Shown here one piece after another: positions 8,456 through 17,560 of a DNA stretch of 50,750 bases. Both the position numbers and the translations under genes were made by a program. Positions within the stretch are counted from its first letter, which is position 1; each line of letters starts with the position of its first letter. Source of the stretch: Candidatus Methylomirabilia bacterium. GTDB taxonomy: Bacteria; Methylomirabilota; Methylomirabilia; Rokubacteriales; CSP1-6. The notes under the pieces are model-generated. The model did no database searches, was not told the origin of the DNA, and saw only the letters and a program-made list of their open reading frames with translations. The stretch is from assembly GCA_041492755.1 (NCBI GenBank), contig JBGPXN010000010.1, forward strand, positions 1-50,750, given 5' to 3'.

Positions 8456-9202
8456 TCAGGCGGGCAGAATCGCGCGAAGCTCGTCGAGGTCGCGGATCTC
8501 GAACTCGGGTGGGTCGATGCCGACCGGCAGTGGCGTGCGATCCGGATTGATCCAGACCGCATGCATCCCGGCCTGCTGGGCGCCGATGACGTCGATGTCG
8601 GCGCGATCGCCCACGAAGAGCGCCTCCTCGGGCGCCACGCCGACCCGGCGCAGCGCCTCGGCGAAGATCGGCGGCGCCGGCTTCCGCCAGCCGATCTCGT
8701 CGGACACCACGATCGTCCTGAACAGGTCCACCACGCCCGCGGTCTCCAGCAGCCCCAGCGCGGTCGGGGTGTAGTCGAAGTTGGAGACGACGGCCAGCCG
8801 ATAGCGACGCGCGAGGTCCGCGAGCAGCCGGGCGTGGTGCGCCGGGAACTCGGCGGCCTTGGACAGCTCGCGCCGGTGCGCGTCGAGCATCCGGGTCACC
8901 AGCACCGGCGGCACCCCGCCGGGATCGAGCCCGCAACACCGAAGCAAGTGGGAGAACCGCTGGGGCGCCGTGACTTCACGATGGTCCACCGCCCGCAGCC
9001 GCTCGGCCTCGCGCCAGCTCTCCTGGAGCCCGGCGTAGAACGTCTCCAGCGTGACGTCGGGCGCGTGCTCGCGCAGCACGTCGTGGAGATGTCGCGCGGT
9101 GGTCCGCACCAGCCGGCCGCCGATCTCCGTGGTGGGCAGGCGGTCACGGTCGAAGCGCACGAGCGTGTCGAACAGGTCGAAGAGCACGGCACGGTACGCC
9201 AT
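8456..9202 (-). CDS. HAD-superfamily hydrolase (subfamily IA)
   Basis: FDLFDTL (DxxxT), VVSN, KP.P.IF, FVGDR...D..GA. Confidence 0.9.
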   Translation of the reverse strand: MAYRAVLFDLFDTLVRFDRDRLPTTEIGGRLVRTTARHLHDVLREHAPDVTLETFYAGLQESWREAERLRAVDHREVTAPQRFSHLLRCCGLDPGGVPPVLVTRMLDAHRRELSKAAEFPAHHARLLADLARRYRLAVVSNFDYTPTALGLLETAGVVDLFRTIVVSDEIGWRKPAPPIFAEALRRVGVAPEEALFVGDRADIDVIGAQQAGMHAVWINPDRTPLPVGIDPPEFEIRDLDELRAILPA

Positions 9203-9209
9203 CGTCCTC

Positions 9210-9448
9210 GCCTGGACTATTCGTGAATGCGCGACGCGTTCGCCGACCGGGGGGCACGGCCGGAGGTGGGGGGATGGGGTCCGGGTGACCCATTTCCCGC
9301 CACGCGAGACGACGACGTCGCCGTATGGAATGGGAACGGCTCGCCGGCAATCGGTACGCCGTCGGCTGTGGTCAGAGGGCCCCGTCCCCCCACCTCCAGC
9401 CGTGCCCCCCGGTCGATCGCGGTGTGCGCGTTCACGAATAATCCAGGC
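9210..9448. mobile_element. MITE-like non-coding element with imperfect terminal inverted repeats of about 70 bp
   Basis: The left arm GCCTGGACTATTCGTGAATGCGC..GACCGGGGGGCACGGCCGGAGGTGGGGGGATGGGG matches the reverse complement of the right arm ending ..GCGCGTTCACGAATAATCCAGGC. It fills the DUF2203-HAD gap. Confidence 0.65.
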
Positions 9449-9850
9449 CTAGAGCGGCTCCCGGGCCGCGTACCCTTCGTCGAGGCCGTGCCAGAACCGG
9501 ATCTCACGCTCGCCGTACTTCCAGCACAGGTTGACCTCCTCGCCGTGGCGCAGGTGGGGAAAGTCCACCAACCCGAGGTCGAGATCTTTCGGTATGCCTC
9601 CGAGCTCCAGCAGGTCCTCGATCGCCTTCTGCACCTCGCGAGCCAGCGCATCGATCCGCGCGCGTCGCGCCCCCCAGGCTTCGCGGTCGATGACCGAGCC
9701 GCCGGCCATCGCCACGCGGCGCTGGTCGTCGTGCGCCGCCTGGCGAAGCGCGGTGGCCTGCGCGTGGGCGGGCCGCACGCGCTCGACGATCGTGGTGAGC
9801 CGGGGGATGAGCGCCTCGACCTCGGCGGGCGTGAAGTAGCGCTCAGCCAC
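9449..9850 (-). CDS. DUF2203 family protein
   Basis: RYFT..E..ALIP; KDLDLGLVDFP....GEEV.LCWKYGE.EI.FWH..DEGYA.R.PL. Confidence 0.9.
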   Translation of the reverse strand: MAERYFTPAEVEALIPRLTTIVERVRPAHAQATALRQAAHDDQRRVAMAGGSVIDREAWGARRARIDALAREVQKAIEDLLELGGIPKDLDLGLVDFPHLRHGEEVNLCWKYGEREIRFWHGLDEGYAAREPL

Positions 9851-10577
9851 GGTTGTCGACGAACACGGCGTGGACTTCCTTGGGCCCGTGCACTCCGCGC
9901 GTGAGGGTGAGCTCGATGTCGGCCGTGCAGCTCGGGCCGGTGATGAAATTGATCGCGCCGCCGCGCCACGCCGGCCGCCCGTCCCCGTTCCATGCTTCGA
10001 GGAAGACGCCGGCCTGCGTGAGCGACTCGACGAGGACGCTCCGGTCGAAGACGGCCACGTGGCAGGGGGGCAGCAGCGAGGTGGAGCGCGGCCGGCCGGC
10101 CCCGGAGAGCAGCACGAGCGAGCCGGTCTCGGCGATGGCGAGATCCACGCCCGTCAGCCCGAGGTCGGCCTCGGCGATGACGCGGCGCAGGTGATCGCGC
10201 GCCGCTCCGTCGAGCGGGCCGGGCGGCATCGCGGTCGTCGCCAGCCCGTGCGCGCTCAGCGCGTCGCCGAGATCGGCGCCGAGGGCCGTCGGATGCCAGG
10301 TCACGAGCCGCGTCGCCTGCCGCTCGCGGGCCAGCCCGGCCACGAGGTCCGGAACGTCGGCCAGACGGCTCACCCGGTGGAACACCCCCCCGACGCGCTC
10401 GAACTCTTCGCGGAAGCGGCCCAGTGTCTGCAGCCAGCGCTCGGCCAGCTCACGGCGGATGGTGTCGGCCATCGCGGCCGGTCGCGCCGGCCGCTCCATC
10501 GGTGTCGCCGACGCCGACGCGGGCGCGGCGGCCAGCTCCCGGCGGATGCGCGCCATGAAATCGGCGCGGGTCGTCAT
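9843..10577 (-). CDS. lutC: Lactate utilization protein C (LUD domain, LutC/YkgG)
   Basis: AIAETGSL, RSTSLLPP.H, FITGPS.TADIE.TL..GVHGP. Start placed at MTTRADF. Confidence 0.9.
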   Translation of the reverse strand: MTTRADFMARIRRELAAAPASASATPMERPARPAAMADTIRRELAERWLQTLGRFREEFERVGGVFHRVSRLADVPDLVAGLARERQATRLVTWHPTALGADLGDALSAHGLATTAMPPGPLDGAARDHLRRVIAEADLGLTGVDLAIAETGSLVLLSGAGRPRSTSLLPPCHVAVFDRSVLVESLTQAGVFLEAWNGDGRPAWRGGAINFITGPSCTADIELTLTRGVHGPKEVHAVFVDNRG

Positions 10578-10640
10578 CGGCGGCGCCATCCGGATTGCGT
10601 CCGCCCTGTCATCGTTGGCACCATCCCATGCTCGGCCCGA

Positions 10641-12050
10641 TCATCGTTCCCGCTCCAGCTCGCGCCAGCGCTCGGAGAAGGTCTTGGACGCCACCGCGGG
10701 CAGATCGCGGTCCCGGGTCCACTCGCCCAGGAAGCCCGGCAGGCGACGGATCCGGCCGTTGCGGGCGAATGGTCGCTGGAACAGGCGCGCGAGGGGCGCG
10801 CTCATCCGGTAGAGCAACGGTGATCGCAGCAGCCGGCCGCCGAGTCGGAACACCGAGCGCTCGCTCGCCGGCGCCACACCGTGGGCCACGTTTTCCTTCC
10901 GCAGCTCGATCAACATGCGCGGAATGTCGATGCGCACCGGGCAGGCGTCGACGCAGGCGCCGCAGAGCGACGACGCGTGGGCGAGCTCGCTGACGGACTC
11001 ACGGCCGTGGAGCATCGCCGTCAGCAAGATCCCGATCGGGCCCGGATAGGTGTAGCCGTAGGCGTGCCCGCCCGTCTGCCGGTACACCGGGCACACGTTC
11101 AGACAGGCGCCGCAGCGCAGACACGCCAGCGCGTCCCGGAGCGGGCCCGAGATCTGGCGAATGCGGCCGTTGTCGAGCAGCACCAGGTGGAACTCGTCCG
11201 GTCCTTCGAGCTCACCGGCGTGTCGCGGTCCCTGCACCAGCGTCGTGTACACGGACAGCTTCTGGCCGGTGGCGCTCTTGGCGAGGATGGCGAGGAACAC
11301 GGCGAGGTCGGTCAGGGACGGGATCACCTTCTCCACGCCCATGACGGCCACGTGCACCCGCGGCAGCGACGTCACCATGCGCCCGTTGCCCTCGTTGGTG
11401 ACGAGGACGACGGTGCCGGTGTCCGCCACGGCGAAGTTCGCGCCGGTGATTCCGAGATCGGCGTCGAGGAACTTCTGGCGCAGCTCCGCCCGCGCGATCC
11501 GCGTGAGCACCTCGGGATCGGCCGCCACCGGCTGCTTCAGCTCGCGCGCGAACAGCTCGGCCACCTGCTCCTTCGTCTTGTGGATGGCCGGCGCGATGAT
11601 GTGCGACGGCTTCTCGCCGGCGAGCTGGATGATGTACTCGCCGAGGTCGGTCTCCACCGGCGTGACGCCGGCGTGGGCGAGCGCGTCGTTCAGCTCGATC
11701 TCTTCCGTCGCCATCGACTTGGACTTCACGGCCATGCGCGCCCCCGTCCGGCGCGCGACGTCGAGGATGACCTCCCGCGCCTCTTCGGGACTGGTCGCGT
11801 AGTGGACGTGGCCGCCCAACCGCTCGACGTTGTCGATGAGCTGATCGAGGTACCGATCGAGATGCTGGAGGGTGGCGTCCTTGATCTGCCGCCCGCGGTC
11901 GCGCAGCGCTTCGCCGTGGGGAAAGTCGCTGAAGGCCTCCCGGCGCAGCTGGATGAAGCGCGTGGTCGCGATGGTGAGCGCCTTCTGCAGAACGCCGTCC
12001 TGCAGCGCGCCGGCCGCGCGGTCGCGGAACGGGACGGTCGGCGCCGTCAT
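10641..12050 (-). CDS. lutB: Lactate utilization Fe-S protein B (LutB/LldF/YkgF)
   Basis: KSKSM..EE, ETDLGEYI.QL..E.PSHI.APA.H, NEGNGR, CLRCGACLNVCPVY, SSLCGAC.D.CPV. Confidence 0.95.
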   Translation of the reverse strand: MTAPTVPFRDRAAGALQDGVLQKALTIATTRFIQLRREAFSDFPHGEALRDRGRQIKDATLQHLDRYLDQLIDNVERLGGHVHYATSPEEAREVILDVARRTGARMAVKSKSMATEEIELNDALAHAGVTPVETDLGEYIIQLAGEKPSHIIAPAIHKTKEQVAELFARELKQPVAADPEVLTRIARAELRQKFLDADLGITGANFAVADTGTVVLVTNEGNGRMVTSLPRVHVAVMGVEKVIPSLTDLAVFLAILAKSATGQKLSVYTTLVQGPRHAGELEGPDEFHLVLLDNGRIRQISGPLRDALACLRCGACLNVCPVYRQTGGHAYGYTYPGPIGILLTAMLHGRESVSELAHASSLCGACVDACPVRIDIPRMLIELRKENVAHGVAPASERSVFRLGGRLLRSPLLYRMSAPLARLFQRPFARNGRIRRLPGFLGEWTRDRDLPAVASKTFSERWRELERER

Positions 12051-12072
12051 GGCCGGCCCGCCGGCGAGGCCG

Positions 12073-12816
12073 TCATCGGTCGCCGGGCCCCAGCAGCTCG
12101 GCAAGGTGCACGGCGCGGACGGCCGAGCCGCGACGGCTGAGCCCCCCGCGCATTTGCAGGAGGCAGCCGGCGTCGCAGGCGACCACGCAGGCGGCTCCGG
12201 TGGCCTCCACGTTGGCCAGCTTCTTGGCGAGAATGGCCGCGGATATCTCGGGCAACCGGACGGCGAACGAGCCGCCGAACCCACAGCACTCGTCGCTTCC
12301 GGGCAGCTCCACGAAGTCCACGCCCTTCAATCCGCGCAAGACCGTGCGCGGCGCCGCCGACTCGTGCAGCCCCCGAAGGAGATGGCAGGAGTCGTGGTAG
12401 GTCACGCGGCCCTTCACGCGGCTGTCGAACTCGGTGCGGCCGACCACCTGCACGAGGTACTGGGAGAACTCGTACGTGCGCGCGGCGAGCCGCTCGGCTT
12501 CCGCGCGCTGGCCGGGATCCGACATCAGTCCCGCGTACTCGTGCTTCACCATGAAGGCGCACGAGCCCGACGGCACCACGACGGCGGCCGAGTCGCGAAA
12601 CACCTCCAGCGTCCGCTGGGCGACCGCGGCCGCTTCGGCGTGGTAGCCGGAGTTGAACAGCGGCAGGCCGCAGCACGTCTGCCCGGCCGGGAAATCGACC
12701 GCCACCGCGCAGGCCCGCAACACGCGCACGATCCGTTCGCCGACCTCGGGATAGAAGAGATCGCCGAGGCAGGTGACCATGAGCGACGCGTGCAGCGCCG
12801 TCGGAGCGGCGGTCAT
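12073..12816 (-). CDS. lutA: Lactate utilization protein A (CCG domains, LutA/LldE/YkgE)
   Basis: TCL.D, QTCCG.P..NSG, SGSC, YHDSCH..R, CCGFGG.F, D.GCL. Confidence 0.93.
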   Translation of the reverse strand: MTAAPTALHASLMVTCLGDLFYPEVGERIVRVLRACAVAVDFPAGQTCCGLPLFNSGYHAEAAAVAQRTLEVFRDSAAVVVPSGSCAFMVKHEYAGLMSDPGQRAEAERLAARTYEFSQYLVQVVGRTEFDSRVKGRVTYHDSCHLLRGLHESAAPRTVLRGLKGVDFVELPGSDECCGFGGSFAVRLPEISAAILAKKLANVEATGAACVVACDAGCLLQMRGGLSRRGSAVRAVHLAELLGPGDR

Positions 12817-13133
12817 GCGTGCGGCGGCGGCGACACCACCACGAGCACGGTGAGCCGCCCCGGGCCATCGTTGCGAACACCGTGCGACGCGCCGGCGGCC
12901 GCGACCACCGCCTCACCGGGCTCGGCCGTCGTCTCCGCGCCGTCGATCACGAAGCGGCCGCGGCCGTCGACCACGACGTAGAACTTGTCCATGTCGTCGT
13001 GCACGTGCGCCTTCTGCTCCTGGCCCGGCTCCAGGCAGTAGAGGTCGAGCTGCGCGCGCCCCGTCCGGGCGAGGGCGATCTTCGCCATGCGGTCCGGCTG
13101 AAACTTGGCCTGCTCGCTGATCCGGATCTTCAT
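12813..13133 (-). CDS. Cupin domain protein
   Basis: LEPGQEQKAHVH...DK.Y.V..G.G and G..HGVRN cupin motifs; ATGA overlaps on both sides. Confidence 0.88.
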   Translation of the reverse strand: MKIRISEQAKFQPDRMAKIALARTGRAQLDLYCLEPGQEQKAHVHDDMDKFYVVVDGRGRFVIDGAETTAEPGEAVVAAAGASHGVRNDGPGRLTVLVVVSPPPHA

Positions 13134-14437
13134 CGTTCCTCCCGCGGCCCGGCCGCGTCCACCGACCGCGCCAGCAGCTCGACGGGGTGGAGCGCCTCCA
13201 CCGCGAGCCCGTGCCCCCGGCATCCCTTGACGATCTGGAGCAGACACCCCGGGTTGCCGGCGGCCACGATCTGCGCGCCCGTCTCCCGGATGCGGGCGAC
13301 CTTGCGTTCGAGCAACGCTTCCGCCATCGCCGGCTCGAAGAGATTGTAGACGCCTGCGCTGCCGCAGCACAGGTCGCTGTCCGCGAGCTCGACCAGGGTG
13401 AGCCCCGGGATGCGGCGCAGCAGCGCGCGCGGTTGCTCGCGAATCCGCTGGCCGTGGGCCAGGTGACACGCGTCGTGGTAGGTGACGGTCATCGGCAGCG
13501 GCCCGAGCGGGAGATCGGCGTCGATCAGGAGCTCGCTGACGTCGCGAACCCGGGCGGCCAGCGACCGCACCCGCGCATCATGGGGGAGCCAGTGGCCGTA
13601 CTCCTTCATGGCCGAGCCGCAGCCGGCCGCGTCGACGACGACGTGATCGACGCCGGCGAACGCCCGCGCGAGGTCGCGCCCGCGTTCTCGATAGACGTCG
13701 AGGTTCCCGGCATGCAGGTCGAGCGCGCCGCAGCAGCCCTGGTTGGCCGGCACGACCACGTCCCAGCCGCCGAGCGCGAGCAACCGCGCGGTGGCGCGGC
13801 CGACGTTCGGATAGAGGTGGCGCTGCACGCAGCCGGTGAGCAACCCCACGCGCCCGCGCGCGGTCCCCCGTGCCGGCACGCGTTCCGGCAATGGCGCCCA
13901 CCTCGGAACGGCCGGCAGCAGCGCTTCCATTGCGGCCAGGCGCGGGAGGCGGCGCAGGATACCGCTGCGACGCACGAGGGCCTGCACGCCGGATCGCTGG
14001 TACACGCGCACCAGCGCCAGCGCGCGTCCGAGCCGGCGCGGATGGGGAAACAGGCCCAGCACGAGCCGGCGCAGCGCGCCGTGCGTCGACGGATGGCGTT
14101 GGCGAACGAGCTGGGCACGCGTGGCCGCGAGCAGCGAGCCGAACGGCACGCCGGCGGGACAGGCGCTCTCGCACGCGCGACAGCCGAGACAGAGGTCGAG
14201 ATGATGGGCGAACGTCTCGGTGAGCTGGATCCGGCCTTCGGCGGCGGCGCGAATCAGATAGAGACGGCCGCGCGGCGAATCCATCTCCTCGCCGAGGACG
14301 CGGTAGGTCGGACACTGCGGCAGGCAGATCCCACAGTGCACACAGCTCCGGAGCGCGTCCATCGACGGCGCATCCGCGCCTTGGAACGCGCTGCGGCCGC
14401 TCGCGGTCGGCGCCGGCGCCGCTGGGGCCGCCGTCAT
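13130..14437 (-). CDS. glcF: Glycolate oxidase-type Fe-S subunit
   Basis: CVHCGICLPQCPTY, DSPRGR, CLGCRACESACP, CCGAL..H.G, YHDACHL.HGQ, CCGSAG.YN, NPGC. Confidence 0.93.
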   Translation of the reverse strand: MTAAPAAPAPTASGRSAFQGADAPSMDALRSCVHCGICLPQCPTYRVLGEEMDSPRGRLYLIRAAAEGRIQLTETFAHHLDLCLGCRACESACPAGVPFGSLLAATRAQLVRQRHPSTHGALRRLVLGLFPHPRRLGRALALVRVYQRSGVQALVRRSGILRRLPRLAAMEALLPAVPRWAPLPERVPARGTARGRVGLLTGCVQRHLYPNVGRATARLLALGGWDVVVPANQGCCGALDLHAGNLDVYRERGRDLARAFAGVDHVVVDAAGCGSAMKEYGHWLPHDARVRSLAARVRDVSELLIDADLPLGPLPMTVTYHDACHLAHGQRIREQPRALLRRIPGLTLVELADSDLCCGSAGVYNLFEPAMAEALLERKVARIRETGAQIVAAGNPGCLLQIVKGCRGHGLAVEALHPVELLARSVDAAGPREER

Positions 14438-15729
14438 CAGAGCCGGCCCACGAAGCGGCCGGGATTCAGCACGCGCCCGCGATCGAACTCGTCTCTGAGC
14501 GACCTCATGAGGGCGAGCGCCCCGGGCTCGACCGGTCCCCACGGATCGATGACCTCGCGGACCTCGGCCGGCCCGCGCTCCACCACGACGCTTCCTCCCG
14601 CGTCCGCCACGAACGCCCGCAGGCCCTCGACGAGCGCGCGCGTCGTCTCGACGTCCGCCGCGGGCAGCCCGACGGTGAGGGTGCCGAGGGCGACGCTCCC
14701 GGTGACGAGCGCGGGCGCGTGCCGCTCGACTTCCCGCATCGCCCCGATCACCGCGGTGGGCAGCGTGGCGACGCGCAGGCCGACCGCTCCGGCCCGCGCC
14801 GTCTGCGCGTAGACCTCCCAGAAATCGGCGCCCACCGACGTCACCGCGCCGCCGGCCGCCCGCGCGAGCCGCTCTACCGCCTCGCTCTGGGCGCGAACCG
14901 CGGCCTCCGCGGAGCCGATGGACACCGCCACCGCGACGCGCTCGGTTTCCTCGCCCGCGAGGCGGAGCACGTGAGCGTTCAGGATCTCGATCCGACTGGG
15001 CTCTATGCTGGAGTCGAGCAGCGCGGCGACGAAGCCCCCCGCCGCCTCCGCGGTGCCGAAGGCGGCCAGCCACGTCCCCTCCGTCTCGGGCGCCGGATGC
15101 AGCCGCAGCGTGAGCTCGGCCAGGACACCGAGCGTGCCGAGCGCCCCGACGTGCAGCTTCGGAACGTCGTAGCCCGACACCGACTTCACGACCTTCGCGC
15201 CGCCCCACGTCACGACCCCGTCGGCCTGCACGAAGCGCACGCCGAGCAAGAGATCGCGCATGGTGCCGTGGCGCAGCCGGCGCGGGCCACTGGCACCGGT
15301 CGCGGCCAGACCGCCGAGCGTCCGGGAGCGCCAGCCCGGCGGATCGAGGGGCAACAGCTGCCGTCGGGCCGCGAGCCGAGAGGCGAGGCTGCCCGCGGTC
15401 ACACCGGCGTGGACGGTGACGGTGAGGTCGTCGGGGTTGTACTCGGGGATCTCGTCCAGACCGCTGAGGTCGAGGACGACGTCGACTCGCGCCGGCGGGA
15501 AACCCAGCTCGAGCGAGCTGCCACTCCCCCGCGGCGTGACGGCCAGACGCTCTTCCGCGGCCAGTGCGATCACGCCCGCCAGGGCGTCGATCGAACGGGG
15601 ACGGGCGACCCAGGCCGGCCGGCGGCCGTCGATCGCCATCGCGGCCGTGAGCGTCGAGTGGTCGTGGAGCCGATCGCGGCCGACGATGTCGGCCAGGGCG
15701 CCCCCCACGGAGCGGGCGGAGACGCTCAC
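14437..15729 (-). CDS. glcE: Glycolate oxidase-type FAD-binding subunit
   Basis: TLGG..AT.ASGP.R...G..RD.LLG, GGAKVVK.V.GYD..KL..G.LGTLG, FD....LNPGRF. Confidence 0.9.
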   Translation of the reverse strand: MSVSARSVGGALADIVGRDRLHDHSTLTAAMAIDGRRPAWVARPRSIDALAGVIALAAEERLAVTPRGSGSSLELGFPPARVDVVLDLSGLDEIPEYNPDDLTVTVHAGVTAGSLASRLAARRQLLPLDPPGWRSRTLGGLAATGASGPRRLRHGTMRDLLLGVRFVQADGVVTWGGAKVVKSVSGYDVPKLHVGALGTLGVLAELTLRLHPAPETEGTWLAAFGTAEAAGGFVAALLDSSIEPSRIEILNAHVLRLAGEETERVAVAVSIGSAEAAVRAQSEAVERLARAAGGAVTSVGADFWEVYAQTARAGAVGLRVATLPTAVIGAMREVERHAPALVTGSVALGTLTVGLPAADVETTRALVEGLRAFVADAGGSVVVERGPAEVREVIDPWGPVEPGALALMRSLRDEFDRGRVLNPGRFVGRL

Positions 15730-15759
15730 GAGCGCGATGCGGCGGCGCGGCTCACGCGA

Positions 15760-17205
15760 TCAGATCCAGGTGCCGGCCGGGAGCGCGGGGCGCGTGGGCC
15801 GGAAGCCTTCGCCGCAGGCGGGATGCGAGGGCAGCAGCTTGCCGGGGTTCATGATCGCGTCCGGATCGAAGACGCGGCGCATGCGGTACATGAAGTTCAG
15901 ATCGGCGTCGGCGTACTGCAGCGGCAGCTTCTTGGCCTTGTCGATGCCCACGCCGTGCTCGCCGGTCACGGTGCCCCCGAGCGCGATGCAGGCCTCGAGC
16001 AGCTCGTCGTTGGCGCGGGTGGCCCGCGCCAGCTCCTCGGGACGACGATCGTCGTAGCAAATCATCGGGTGAAGGTTGCCATCGCCGGCGTGGAACACGT
16101 TCGCGATCATCACGTGATGCCGCGCCGCGATCGCCTCCATCTCGCGCATGATCTCGGGCAACCGCGATCGCGGCACCACGGCGTCCTGCAACAGGTAGCT
16201 CGCGGTCACGCGTCCCACCGCGCCCGCCGCTTCTTTGCGTCCCTTCCAGAGCAGCGCGCGCTCGGCGTCGTCGCGGGCGACCTGGACCTGGAGCGCGCCG
16301 CGCGCCCGACAGATCGCGGCGCACCGCTCGGCCTGGGCCTCGACTTCGGCGCGCGGCCCGTCCAGCTCGATGAGCAGCACCGCGTCCGCATCCCGGGGAT
16401 AGACCGGCGCGACGCCGGCGTTGATGGCTCCGATGATGACGCGATCGAGCATCTCCATCGCGGCCGGCACGATGCCGGCGGCGATGATCTCCGACACCGT
16501 CTCGGACGCCCGCACCAGCGACGCGAAAGCCGCCAGCAACGTCTTCACCGCCTCCGGCACGTGCAGCAGGCGTACCGTGACCGCCGTGACCAGCCCGAGC
16601 GTCCCCTCCGAGCCGACCGCGACGCCCGTGAGGTCGTAGCCGGGCCGGTCCACGACCTTGCCCCCGAGGTGCACGAGCTCACCGGCCCCGGTCACCAGCT
16701 CCAGGCCGAGGACGTGGTTCGTGGTGATGCCATACTTCAGACAGTGCGGCCCCCCCGCATTGGTCGCGACGTTGCCGCCGATGGACGAGACCATCTGGCT
16801 CGACGGGTCCGGCGCGAAGAAGTAGCCGCTCGCCGCGACGGCCCGCGTGAGCCACAGGTTGATGAGCCCGGGCTGCACGGTCGCCGTGCGGTTCGGCAGG
16901 TCGAGCTCGACGACCTGATCCATCCGCGTCGTCGCCACCATCACGCCGCCCGCGGGCGCCATCGCGCCCCCGATCAACCCCGTCCCCGACCCGCGCGGCA
17001 CGATCGGCACCCGCTCCCGCCGGCACAACCGCACCACCGCCTGCACCTGCGCCGCCGTCGTGGGCAGGACGACGGCATCCGGCGCCCCCTTGTAGAACGT
17101 GTGCATGTCACACTCGTACACGAGCCGCCCCTCATCGGAGACGATCACACCGTCCTTCCCGACGATCGCGTACAGCTCGTCAACGATGCCGCGGCTCAGC
17201 GCCAT
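15760..17205 (-). CDS. glcD: Glycolate oxidase-type FAD-linked subunit
   Basis: PRGSGTGL.GG, PDPSSQ, IGGNVA.NAGG.HCLKYG, GSEGTLG, HAGDGNLHP, GEHGVG..K, NPGK. Confidence 0.93.
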   Translation of the reverse strand: MALSRGIVDELYAIVGKDGVIVSDEGRLVYECDMHTFYKGAPDAVVLPTTAAQVQAVVRLCRRERVPIVPRGSGTGLIGGAMAPAGGVMVATTRMDQVVELDLPNRTATVQPGLINLWLTRAVAASGYFFAPDPSSQMVSSIGGNVATNAGGPHCLKYGITTNHVLGLELVTGAGELVHLGGKVVDRPGYDLTGVAVGSEGTLGLVTAVTVRLLHVPEAVKTLLAAFASLVRASETVSEIIAAGIVPAAMEMLDRVIIGAINAGVAPVYPRDADAVLLIELDGPRAEVEAQAERCAAICRARGALQVQVARDDAERALLWKGRKEAAGAVGRVTASYLLQDAVVPRSRLPEIMREMEAIAARHHVMIANVFHAGDGNLHPMICYDDRRPEELARATRANDELLEACIALGGTVTGEHGVGIDKAKKLPLQYADADLNFMYRMRRVFDPDAIMNPGKLLPSHPACGEGFRPTRPALPAGTWI

Positions 17206-17213
17206 GCCACCCC

Positions 17214-17223
17214 TAGCCTACCA
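17214..17223. promoter_or_regulatory. Overlapping -10 elements (minus TGGTAGGCT before glcD; plus TAGCCT)
   Basis: The TAGCCTA core reads TAnnnT on both strands; the minus copy has a TG extension and lies 9 nt before the glcD ATG. Confidence 0.4.
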
Positions 17224-17225
17224 AG

Positions 17226-17460
17226 CCCGAGCGTACGAGGAGACAGCAACGGGAGACCCGGCCGCGAAGAACGGATTGAGCAGGCCCGGCGAGAAGACCG
17301 GGCCGAGAAGATCCGGGAGCGGAAGGAAAAGAACGCGAGCAGCCGACACAACGGGAACGGGCAGAATCGGGACAGGAAGAACGGCCGAGGAGACCCAGGA
17401 AACGCGGTCTCGAGTCCACACGTCGCCAATCAACGCTTCGAGCGCGGGCTATGCCCGCGC
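17226..17460 (+). ncRNA. Candidate GGA-rich small RNA (CsrB/Rsm-like architecture)
   Basis: 11 GGA motifs and only 4 T in 17236-17407, short internal hairpins and a closing hairpin at 17442-17460; no convincing ORF. Confidence 0.3.
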
Positions 17461-17560
17461 CTTCCGATCCGGGGGGGAGGCAGCGGAGCGAGCCGAAGGC
17501 TCGCGGAGCGTCGGAAGGGGGGCGGAGCCCCCCTCCGAGGGCTATCCCCCCTCCGAGCTA
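17442..17560. repeat. Cluster of REP-like GC-rich hairpins at the korB 3' end
   Basis: GCGCGGGC-TAT-GCCCGCGC, GCGAGCC-GAA-GGCTCGC and CGGAAGGGGGGC-GGA-GCCCCCCTCCG. Confidence 0.6.

Noticed and set aside
17196..17433. Small minus-strand ORFs between korB and glcD
   Set aside because: All three frames are open simply because the strand lacks A; no RBS or protein-like features.
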